A stretch of 63,197 bases of DNA, filler included, from Octopus bimaculoides (taxonomy: Eukaryota), in NCBI RefSeq assembly GCF_001194135.2. It is 4 parts of 4 records of this genome, joined end to end, with 100 filler letters (N's around TTAATTAATTAA, not from the genome) between each part and the next. Parts side by side here need not be neighbours in the genome. Positions count along the whole stretch, not along the records: positions 25,117 to 53,193 come from NC_068987.1; positions 53,294 to 56,921 come from NC_068982.1; positions 57,022 to 63,197 come from NC_069006.1; 1 more part is not named here. One strand, written 5' to 3'. The translations under genes and the position numbers were made by a program. Positions 52,939 through 63,197 of this stretch are shown here, one piece after another. Below the pieces are notes generated by a model, which was not told the DNA's origin, ran no database searches, and saw nothing but the letters and a program-made list of their open reading frames with translations. Numbering within the stretch: position 1 is the first letter of the stretch; each line of letters opens with the position of its first letter.

Positions 52939-53293
52939 GTATATATATATATATATACACACATCGGAATATTGGCGCTAAGCAGTGTTTACGTACAATC
53001 ACAATTTAGGTTAGTTACCATGGAGAAAAATCTCTTTAGGTACAAAGGTGTGAAAACACCTCGTTCGATCAGTGTCGCCCTCTCTCGGGAATCTCAGACA
53101 TCGATGTTTCGAGTTTATTGACCTAGTTGAAATATGTGACAAGCATATTTCAACTAACTTAAACTGTGATATATATATATGTACATATATATANNNNNNN
53201 NNNNNNNNNNNNNNNNNNNNNNNNNNNNNNNNNNNNNTTAATTAATTAANNNNNNNNNNNNNNNNNNNNNNNNNNNNNNNNNNNNNNNNNNNN

Positions 53294-53750
53294 AAAAGCT
53301 ACGAACGATCTTCCGTAGCTTTTAGATCGGACGGTCGTACGTTCATGCAAAAGCTACGAACGATCTTCCGTAGCTTTTAGATCGGACGGGCGTACGTTCA
53401 GGCAAAAGCTACGAACGATCGTCCGTAGCTTTTAAATCGAACGGGCGTACGTTCAGGCAAAAGCTACGAACGATCGCCCGTAGCTTTTAGATCGGACGGA
53501 TGTACGTTTAGGAAAAAGCTACGGACGATCGTCGGTAGCTTTTAGATAGAACTGGCGTACGATCAGGCAAAAGCTACGAACCATAGTCCGTAGCTTTTAG
53601 ATCGGACGGGCGCACGTTCTGGCAAAAGCTACGAACGATCGTCCGTAGCTTTTAGATCGGACGGGCGTACGTACAGGCAAAAGCTACGAACGATCGTCCG
53701 TAGCTTTTAGATCGAACGGGCATACGTTCAGGCAAAAGCTACGAACGATC
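53294..53750. repeat. 55-bp minisatellite, 8 full units plus a partial, each with a 30-bp near-perfect palindrome
   Basis: Consensus AAAAGCTACGAACGATCGTCCGTAGCTTTT-AGATCGGACGGGCGTACGTTCAGGC; units start at 53294 and repeat every 55 bp. Confidence 0.97.
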
Positions 53751-53873
53751 TTTCGGGATCGATTAAATAAGTACCAGCTACGCACTGTCGTCGATGTAAT
53801 CGACTTAATCCCCTTGTCTGTCCTTGTTTGTCCCCTCTATGTTTAGCCCCTTGTGTGCAATAAAGAAATAAGT
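53751..53873 (+). mobile_element. 3' half of SINE family B
   Basis: TTTCGGGATCGATTAAATAAGTACCAG...GTCGATGTAATCGACTTAATCCCC...AATAAAGAAATAAG. Confidence 0.85.
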
Positions 53874-54342
53874 ATAAGACCTCAAGCGTATGAGTTAGCA
53901 GGTGGAGTCTATTATATCTCTGTTTGAACCTATTTACTCTACTTCTAAAAAAATTACTCTCTATAATAGCGCTGAATTAGCCATTAAGTAAATTAAGCTC
54001 GTGCTTAGACCATCAAGATAGAGGGTGGCACTACAGAAATAGTAACTAGTTTACGTCACAAAAGAAATCACTTTAAACTTGCTAAAATGATATTCAGGAT
54101 GCCTTATCTCTACGAAGTATAGAAGCAGGTGAGTTACGTAAAATTAATTTTGAGGATCTGATTAGACATTGCAATTAAAAAGAAAGACAAAACTTTTCAA
54201 ATATAAATAAAGTGGAAGTACACAAAAATAAACGTTTTCTGTCTTACTGTTTATTTGTTTCATTTTGAAAAATTGAAAATTATTTTATAATTTATCACTT
54301 ATATTTCGAATTTCATATATATGGAGATGCCAAAACCTTTTT

Positions 54343-54452
54343 AAGTGGTTAAGGTACTGGACTCATGATCGGAAGATTGTTTCGATTCCTGGACTGAGTG
54401 ATGCGTTGTGTTCTTGAGCAACACACTTCATTTCACGTTGTTCTAGTCTGCT
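54343..54452 (+). mobile_element. SINE family C (truncated by gap)
   Basis: AGTGGTTAAGG...TTTCGATTCCTGGAC...TTGTGTTCTTGAGCAACACACTTCATTTCACG. Confidence 0.8.
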
Positions 54453-55617
54453 NNNNNNNNNNNNNNNNNNNNNNNNNNNNNNNNNNNNNNNNNNNNNNNN
54501 NNNNNNNNNNNNNNNNNNNNNNNNNNNNNNNNNNNNNNNNNNNNNNNNNNNNNNNNNNNNNNNNNNNNNNNNNNNNNNNNNNNNNNNNNNNNNNNNNNNN
54601 NNNNNNNNNNNNNNNNNNNNNNNNNNNNNNNNNNNNNNNNNNNNNNNNNNNNNNNNNNNNNNNNNNNNNNNNNNNNNNNNNNNNNNNNNNNNNNNNNNNN
54701 NNNNNNNNNNNNNNNNNNNNNNNNNNNNNNNNNNNNNNNNNNNNNNNNNNNNNNNNNNNNNNNNNNNNNNNNNNNNNNNNNNNNNNNNNNNNNNNNNNNN
54801 NNNNNNNNNNNNNNNNNNNNNNNNNNNNNNNNNNNNNNNNNNNNNNNNNNNNNNNNNACTGCTGCTACAATTATATCATTGCCGCCATTACCACCACCAC
54901 CACCACCACAATTAATGTTTAATACTCCAGCTCTACCACTATTATTACTAACATCACCTCACTACACCTATTACTAGCATCACTATTACGACTGTTATTA
55001 CGATCCAAGAAGTGATTGTATATAACCACTCAATTTGCTAGGAATAGCAGCCAAATCTCATCCTGTGATTTAAAAATAAGTGTAATGTAGTCGTGGATTC
55101 TTTCCACACACACAGGAAAAAGACAGGGTGTCATGGCTGGAATGCCTTCATATATATATATATACTCGTTTAGATCTGACCTGGGACGAAGTAACAACTA
55201 CACCACTGTTGCTATTTATTAACCACCACCCACATCCACCGCCAGTATAACGTCATTATTACCACCAATTATATTTACCAGCCTCAACATCACCATAATG
55301 TACTGAAAAATCTTGTCAGAAGAATAATCGATCAACCGTTTTTCTCTTGTGAGGAAAGTTAGCTGTTGATCGAAAACATCAGTTCACTTATGAATGGTAG
55401 TGATGGTGTTAGTCAACCCACAACCATCTTCCCAACCAACCAACCACCAGCATTATGCTCATATATATGTGTGTGTGTGTGTGTGTGATTAATGGCGACA
55501 GAAGCAGTATTAATGCCAAAAGGTAATACTTATTACTTAAAAGTGCATGTTCTATCAATCTTTTTAAGTGGTGGTGCTAACGCACGAAACTCTACTTAGT
55601 TGCTTCTGCTAAATATT

Positions 55618-55808
55618 GGTTTCATGTCTTGGAACGAAGCCAGTAATTTCACGAGAGAGGGCAAGTCGATTACATCGACCCAGTGCTCAACTGGTACTTA
55701 TTTTATCGACCACCGAAAGGATGACAGGCTAAGTCGATCTCGGCAGAATTTGAACTCGGATCATAAAGACGGATGAAATGCAGCTAAGCATTTAGCTGCT
55801 CGCCACCT
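55618..55808 (-). mobile_element. SINE family B
   Basis: AAGTCGATTACATCGACCCAGTGCTCAACTGGTACTTATTTTATCGAC...GAATTTGAACTC. Confidence 0.85.
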
Positions 55809-56399
55809 ACTTATATATGTGTGTGTGTGTGTGTGATTTCTTGCTAACCAAGACGCTACTTTTGATGGTCTCTTTTAGTTTCTCTATTTACGACTCTAAT
55901 TGAAATTTTTTAAAAAATTTTATATATAAATTTTGTATTTTATACTGTTCCCATCCATCCTACCATANNNNNNNNNNNNNNNNNNNNNNNNNNNNNNNNN
56001 NNNNNNNNNNNNNNNNNNNNNNNNNNNNNNNNNNNNNNNNNNNNNNNNNNNNNNNNNNNNNNNNNNNAAACCAGTTTCACATTTACTAAAGGTAACTCCA
56101 AATTTGAAGAATTTTCAAAAGAAGCAGTAGAAAGAAATAAAATATGCAACCAACATAACAAGACTTTCCAAAATGACATGCATTTTGCAAGATTCTATAA
56201 TGACAAGTAGGATGGGGCCACCCAGGTACCTTATAACTATTATCTATGTCTTGCAGCTCCTACCAATCAATTTTTCTTTCTCTCACCCCTGTTTTTTCCT
56301 ACAAGATGTGAGTAGCCATGTAGATCCCTCTGCAGGAATCTACTCCTCCACCACTACTAACCCCCTCCATCATAGAAATCCTGTTAACTACGAATATGA

Positions 56400-56648
56400 A
56401 GCTGACATCCCCCACCTCTCTGGGGGAGGTGCAAGATGTCAGCATGGCAACCTCAATAGTGCAAGGTGGCATGAAAAAAGCACCTGTCAACGATGTAAGG
56501 TGGTTAGCATTAGGAAGGGCATCCAGCCATAAAAACCATGCCAAAGCAGACACTGGAGCTTGATGCAGTCCTTGGACATATCAGATACTGCCAAACCATC
56601 CAATCCATGCCAGCATGAAACATGGACTTTAAATGATGATAATGATGA
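56400..56648 (+). mobile_element. RTE LINE-type 3' end with (TGA)n-like tail
   Basis: TTAGGAAGGGCATCCAGCCATAAAAACCATGCC...CCAATCCATGCCAGCATGAAA...AAATGATGATAATGATGA is the conserved 3' end of RTE elements and RTE-dependent SINEs. Confidence 0.8.
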
Positions 56649-57481
56649 GAGAAACATTTGATTTGTGTAGAATTTAATTTTATAAAATACTTTATTATCA
56701 AATTTACTTCATTCTCAATTTTTTAATTTTATTTATCATTTATATTATCATTTATATTTGTGCAATATCCGTGGATTTATGTAAATGGACATTAATCCTT
56801 TTTTTGTAGGTTTTCTACAAACATAATTCCAATATTTTGTGCTGTTTTACCATTATCATGCATCTTTTCCAACTGAAAATCCTATATGAACAATTCTTCT
56901 CTATAAAAATTCTGTTATATANNNNNNNNNNNNNNNNNNNNNNNNNNNNNNNNNNNNNNNNNNNNTTAATTAATTAANNNNNNNNNNNNNNNNNNNNNNN
57001 NNNNNNNNNNNNNNNNNNNNNCTCGCACGATGGCCATTTTTTCTTCTCCATGATAGGAATTTTAAGAAGAGAGTTCGAGGAGGGGGTAGGGTCGGATCAC
57101 TAATGGATATCGATTAGAGGATATTGTATCAATATGTAGCTTACTTAATGATATCAGGTCTTGATTTCTTTTAAAACATATACATAGAATTAATCACATG
57201 CGAACGCACGCACGCGCTAAAACGCATACACGAACGCACGCACGCACTCGTGCTCACACTCGCTTACACACACGCGCACACACAAAGCCACACTCATAAA
57301 TGCACACATATACAAAGGCACTGACACACACAAAGACATACACATAAACGCACACACAAACACGTGAATACACACACACACACACACACAAACGCACGCA
57401 TACACACACTTTGAATCGCGCTTGCACTCAGTTATCCATGCACATGGACAAACCCACTCAAACATATACATGCGCGCGCAC

Positions 57482-57527
<46 letters not shown>

Positions 57528-57806
57528 TATACAGAATTAATCATGTACATGCAAACACTCACGCTCACACATTCATATATACAGACACGCACTCGCGCTC
57601 ACACACTTAACCACACTTGCACACACACTTATTCATGTAGATGGACACACGCACGCAAACATATGCATGTATACGAACACATAATCCACACACACACACA
57701 CATGTATATTTATATAAACACATACAACAGTAACCTTCATTTGTTAAAAAATGCGTAAACACGTTTATGTATATTTGTACGCACAGGTATATGCATTTGT
57801 GTATAT

Positions 57807-57870
<64 letters not shown>

Positions 57871-58178
57871 ATATGTGTGTATTTGTGCATGCATGTATAT
57901 ATATATATATATGTATATGTACACACACACACGCATATATACATACACGTGTGTGCGCTCGTGCATGTTGTATGTGTATAAATATATTTACATATTCAGA
58001 CACACACACACACATTCATACATGTACATATGCATGTGTATATTTACACACACACACATTCATACATGTACATATGCATGTGTATATTTACACACACACA
58101 CACATATATATATGCGTGCGTGCCCATGTCTGTGTAAGCATGTGTGAGCACACATGTGTGTAGACCTAAATATATTTA

Positions 58179-58404
58179 TTTTTTTATTGCTTACAGGGGG
58201 CTAAACATGGAGGGGACACAAACAAGGACAGACAAAGGGATTAAGTCGATTATATCGACCCAGTGTGTAACTGGTACTTAAATTACCGACCCCAAAAGGA
58301 TAAAAGGCAAAGTCGACCTCGGCGGAATTTGAACTCAGAACGTAACGGCAGTCGAAATACCGCTAAGCGTCTCGCCCGGTGTGCTAACGTTTCTGCTAGC
58401 TCGC
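58179..58404 (-). mobile_element. SINE family B with 17-bp target site duplication
   Basis: Flanked by AGACCTAAATATATTTA (58162-58178) and AGATCTAAATATATTTA (58405-58421). Confidence 0.92.
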
Positions 58405-58782
58405 AGATCTAAATATATTTACACTGAGAAACATACGCATCTATAGTCACGCATGCGTATTTTAGTTAACAGTCCACTGCGCAGCATTTATGGAAAAATT
58501 TAAATGTGAAGTAAACGTTTTTTAAGAATCACACGAGTTAACCTCGTTATGAAGTCTACACATACTGTCCATACGTTCATAAGCTTTACCCTCCGCTTCA
58601 GTAGCGAAACAAATCAATCTGACTGGGTTTAAACCGTCTTAAAACTTCATGGAAACAACAGCTGTAATCTGTTGAAAGAAAGATTTGTAATTCAAAGCAA
58701 TGTATAGCGGATTTAAACGTGGATGCAGCAAACTAGTCTGTCGAGTTTGTATAACAGAGCATGCGCTGACAACGTAGATTAT

Positions 58783-59292
58783 TCTTTATCGTTTGTCTTT
58801 TACTTGTTCCGGTCACTGCACTGCGGCCATGCTGGGGCACCGCCTTGAAGGGTTTCGTTAGACAAATCAACCCTCAGTACTTGTTTGTTTCTTTGAAGTC
58901 TAGTACTTATTCTATCGGTGTGTTTGGCCGAACCGCTAAGTCACGGGTGCGTAAAGAAACCAACGCCAATTGTGAAGCGATGATAGGGGGACAAGCACAC
59001 ACACAAAAATACTTACACATACATATATACATGCGTGTGTGTGTATACATGCGTAAATACATACATATACACACACACGCACATATATATGTGTGTGTAT
59101 ACATGCGTAAATACATACATTTACACGCACAAATATATGTGCATGTGTGTGTGTGTGTGTGTGTGTTTACGACGGATTTCCTCTCACAGCTTCCATCTAC
59201 CAAATCCACTCTCAAGGTTCAGCACAGTACGACTGAACCCAAAACCACGTGGTTGCAAAGTCAACTCCCGAACCACAAACCCTTGCCTGTGC
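58783..59292 (-). mobile_element. SINE family A (diverged, expanded internal microsatellite)
   Basis: CTGCGGCCATGCTGGGGCACCGCC...TACTTATTCTATCGG...GCCGAACCGCTAAG...TCTACCAAATCCACT...ACTGAACCC. Confidence 0.85.
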
Positions 59293-59339
59293 TTATCTGA
59301 ACTTATTAGATCGTAGTTCATGGTGTGCAGACCGGACAG

Positions 59340-59960
59340 TAAAATCCAAACAATAACGTATCTTTTTATTCTTATTACATTATGGCAGATTCGAACGCGA
59401 ATATTTGATCTCTGTTGTTTTTCGCCACCGGAGAATGGCTCCCCCCTTTGGGCAATATATGTTCTTATCACACATAAATCACTGGTGTAAGGGGACTTTG
59501 AGACACAGTGATGTTTCGATTTATCAGTCGAAGCTACCCTCCACCCTCACTGATGAATTTCACAAGAGTAAGAGCTCATGCTCATAGAAATCAGCAAACC
59601 AATTATTTGCTGATGCCAAAGAGACGATAATTCATGGGGCACACGAAGAACAGCCAGAATCCAAACAATAACCTATTCATTCTTAGTAAGTTGTAACAGA
59701 TTTAAACATATCTGATCTTGTTTTTCGTCATCGGAGAAGACCTCCCCCATTGAACAGACGTGTTTTCATAATTCACGCGGTATTGCGTGTCTCCTCAGTG
59801 AAAGCCATCTCGGACCGACGATTCTAACAAGAGAACAGGTTCTTATTTATAGAAACCAGTAAACAAATTATTTACTGATGCTTGTTAATGTCTGCCAAAC
59901 AGATAATAATTCACGGAGCGCACGAGACTAGCCAGAAACCAAACAATAGACTATGTAAGT
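59340..59960. repeat. Diverged ~280-315-bp tandem repeat (about 2.1 units)
   Basis: CCAAACAATA at 59346, 59661 and 59939; TTGTTTTTCG.CA.CGGAGAA...CTCCCCC occurs twice; TAGAAA.CAG.AAAC.AATTATTT.CTGATG occurs twice. Confidence 0.8.
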
Positions 59961-60147
59961 AATTCGTCGTACTCTACACGCTGTTTTAATTTTAGTTGAT
60001 AACTTGTAATATCAAGTATAGGTTGTATTTTTGTGGAACTGGTTATCCCGATCTGATAGTTTAACGACAGAATTCTTTGAGTTGCTCTCAGAATAACGAA
60101 CATGTATTTTGGTTCGGTAGAAGTGTGTGTGAAGTTCCAAATACGTA

Positions 60148-60355
60148 ATATTGGTTTCAAATTTTGGCACAAGGCCAGAAATTTTGGGGGAGGAGGTAAG
60201 TCGACGCCAGTGTTCAGTTGGTACTTATTTCATCGACCCCGAAAGGATGAAAGGCAAAATCGACCTCGGCGCAATTTGAACTCAGAGCGTAAGGGTGGAC
60301 GAAATGTCGCTAAGCATTTTGCCCGGCATGCTAACCATTCTGTCAGCTAACTACC
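60148..60355 (-). mobile_element. SINE family B (copy 1 of tandem pair)
   Basis: TTTCAAATTTTGGCACAAGGCCAG...ATCGACCCCGAAAGGATGAAAGGCAAA...TTTGAACTCAG. Confidence 0.9.
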
Positions 60356-60378
60356 TTTGATAATAATAATAATAATAA

Positions 60379-60598
60379 TGGTTTCAAATTTTGGCACAAG
60401 GCCAGCAATTTCAGGGAGGGAGTTAAGTCGATTACATCGACCTCAGTGCTCAGCCTGTACTTATTACTCATTTTATCGACCGCAACAGGATGAAAGGTAA
60501 AATCAACCTCGACGGAACTTGAACCCAAAACGTGACGAAAGGCGAAGTGCTGCTCAACATTTTGCCCCACGTGCTAACGATTCTGCCATTTCGTTGTC
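60379..60598 (-). mobile_element. SINE family B (copy 2 of tandem pair)
   Basis: Same motifs as copy 1; separated from it by (TAA)n at 60360-60378. Confidence 0.9.
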
Positions 60599-60646
60599 TT
60601 CCAAGTACGTAATATTAATTCATTGTTAACAAAAATGTTCTAACCG

Positions 60647-60707
60647 AACAATTATTCTGTGCTGATGAAGCGAAACAACCCGGAAATCGCGATACACAGA
60701 TATTGTT
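60647..60707 (+). ncRNA. Type I hammerhead ribozyme, intact catalytic core
   Basis: AACAAU-UAU-UCUGUG-CUGAUGA-A-GCG-AAACAA-CCC-G-GAAA-U-CGCG-A-UA|CACAGA-U-AUUGUU has two perfect 6-bp stem I helices around a UAU/U internal loop, a palindromic CGCG loop III, and an AUA site with predicted cleavage after 60694. Confidence 0.85.
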
Positions 60708-61848
60708 TTGAGCTGAGTNNNNNNNNNNNNNNNNNNNNNNNNNNNNNNNNNNNNNNNNNNNNNNNNNNNNNNNNNNNNNNNNNNNNNNNNNNNNNNNNNN
60801 NNNNNNNNNNNNNNNNNNNNNNNNNNNNNNNNNNNNNNNNNNNNNNNNNNNNNNNNNNNNNNNNNNNNNNNNNNNNNNNNNNNNNNNNNNNNNNNNNNNN
60901 NNNNNNNNNNNNNNNNNNNNNNNNNNNNNNNNNNNNNNNNNNNNNNNNNNNNNNNNNNNNNNNNNNNNNNNNNNNNNNNNNNNNNNNNNNNNNNNNNNNN
61001 NNNNNNNNNNNNNNNNNNNNNNNNNNNNNNNNNNNNNNNNNNNNNNNNNNNNNNNNNNNNNNNNNNNNNNNNNNNNNNNNNNNNNNNNNNNNNNNNNNNN
61101 NNNNNNNNNNNNNNNNNNNNNNNNNNNNNNNNNNNNNNNNNNNNNNNNNNNNNNNNNNNNNNNNNNNNNNNNNNNNNNNNNNNNNNNNNNNNNNNNNNNN
61201 NNNNNNNNNNNNNNNNNNNNNNNNNNNNNNNNNNNNNNNNNNNNNNNNNNNNNNNNNNNNNNNNNNNNNNNNATATATATATATATATACACACACATAT
61301 TTATAAACACAAATACGCAGCACTCACGTGTGCTTTTCACGCCTATTTGTATAGAAGTGCCCTTACAAGCACTGCATAGGCAAACGTTTAAAAAAGTAAG
61401 ACGATAAAAACACAATATTCCACCTGCTTAACTTACTGATAAAAACTAATTGTGTCTTAGCGAACCTTAGATCAAGGCAACCCTAAATAGTGTTAAAACG
61501 TACAGGGTTTGAACATGTGTGCATGTATACCAATGTGTTTATTTGGAGGCGTGCATGCGTGTATGTATGTATGTATGTATGTATGTAAACGTTTTCAACC
61601 TGGGCTGATTATCTCCCTTCTAATCATCACTCTTCTCGTTAAGAGATAATATATTGATTGCCACGTAAAAACTATGGCAGTGCAGTTGCAGTTGTTACTG
61701 ATGCTGTTGATGATGATGATGACGATGATGATGATACAGTTCTTGTTGTTGTTGTTGATGATGATGTTGGTGATATTCTTGTTGGTGTTTTTTTTATTAT
61801 TATATTTAATATCTCTTCATTATATATTTTTATTATACACATATTTTT

Positions 61849-61886
<38 letters not shown>

Positions 61887-62889
61887 NNNNNNNNNNNNNN
61901 NNNNNNNNNNNNNNNNNNNNNNNNNNNNNNNNNNNNNNNNNNNNNNNNNNNNNNNNNNNNNNNNNNNNNNNNNNNNNNNNNNNNNNNNNNNNNNNNNNNN
62001 NNNNNNNNNNNNNNNNNNNNNNNNNNNNNNNNNNNNNNNNNNNNNNNNNNNNNNNNNNNNNNNNNNNNNNNNNNNNNNNNNNNNNNNNNNNNNNNNNNNN
62101 NNNNNNNNNNNNNNNNNNNNNNNNNNNNNNNNNNNNNNNNNNNNNNNNNNNNNNNNNNNNNNNNNNNNNNNNNNNNNNNNNNNNNNNNNNNNNNNNNNNN
62201 NNNNNNNNNNNNNNNNNNNNNNNNNNNNNNNNNNNNNNNNNNNNNNNNNNNNNNNNNNNNNNNNNNNNNNNNNNNNNNNNATATATATATATATATATAT
62301 ACGTGTACTTGTGTGTACGTGTTTATGTGTGTTCGTGTTAATATATATATGCATAGATATGTATGCGTCTGCTAGTATGTGTGTGTCTGTGTGTGTGTTT
62401 ACGTATGCATATGTGTAGATGCGAATGTATGTGTGTGCGTGTGTTTTGTGTACGTGTGTAAGGGTGCATTTATGTTTGTATATATATATATATGTGTGTA
62501 TACATATATGCATACGTCTATGTAAATGTGTGTGTGTATTTTCGTGTCCATGTGTAAGGGTGCATTTGTGTTTGTATATGTATATGCATACGTGTGTGTA
62601 TGTGTGTGTGCATGTATGCGTGTCCGCACGTACACGTGTGTGTGTGTGTGTGTGTGTATGTGTGTGTGTGTGGACAAACTGGCCGTGAGCAGGAGCATGC
62701 TGTTATAATTTCATTTGTGTCGGCTCCTTCCTCCCATTGTTAATTGAGTTATGGCAAAGGCATGAAGCGTGCTCTCAAATCACCATTAACACATCTTGTC
62801 TTTATTTTTTCCAAAATTCTTCAACAAAGCAACACACACAAGCAGATATATACGCACACAAACATGCAGGCATACACACACGCCCCTGC

Positions 62890-63197
62890 ACACACATACC
62901 CACCACCCACCACCCACCATCATCATCATCACTATCGTTATCATCACCACCGCCACGATCACCACCACTATCAATACTACCACAATCGCCGCCGCCACCA
63001 CCACCACTCCCAACATCATCACCACCATCACCACCATCAATACTACCACAATCGCCACCATTAATACCACCGTCATCACCACCACCATCATCACCACCAT
63101 CACCACTGCCATCACCCCCAATACAATCACCCCCACTATCACTACTACTACTACTACCACCACCATCAAATCCCCACCATCTCAATCATCACAATAA
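62890..63197. repeat. Degenerate (CAC/CAT)n trinucleotide low-complexity tract
   Basis: Direct; it explains the His-, Thr-, Val- and Gly-rich ORFs in the track. Confidence 0.9.

Noticed and set aside
53294-53750. CRISPR-like palindromic repeat-spacer appearance
   Set aside because: The linkers are near-identical rather than unique spacers, there are no cas genes, and the context is eukaryotic.
59755-59800. Minus-strand CUGAGGA...GAAA...GUC hammerhead-like words
   Set aside because: Stem I gives only about 2 bp, stem III is mismatched, and the motif is not conserved in the sister unit.

Overview
This is an AT-rich, microsatellite-dense and heavily gapped eukaryotic window, most likely intronic or intergenic octopus DNA. 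The species is inferred from recognised tRNA-derived SINE families and RTE/Dong tails; it was not database-checked. No intact protein-coding gene is identifiable, and nearly all ORFs in the track are microsatellite or N-gap artefacts. The window is a mosaic of decayed transposons: about 20 SINE copies in 3 families, at least 6 R4/Dong LINE fragments, and CR1, RTE, Penelope-like, Gypsy, Tc1/mariner and Chapaev-like pieces. The main discovery is a set of type I hammerhead ribozyme (HHR) motifs. A ~340-bp tandem repeat (14.6-15.8 kb, minus strand) carries one HHR per unit. A diverged second locus of the same family (52.5-52.9 kb) has a canonical CUGAUGA core. An independent HHR with an intact core lies at 60647-60707, and a degenerate one lies near 35.87 kb. 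All share an unusual A.R juxtaposition at the base of stem II, and all but the 35.87-kb copy show a bipartite stem I, consistent with a cephalopod non-LTR retrozyme (circRNA-producing) system. Other notable items are a CpG-rich 55-bp palindromic tandem array, a nested Penelope-like/tRNA-head/Dong composite, inverted microsatellite junctions and a few candidate exons.
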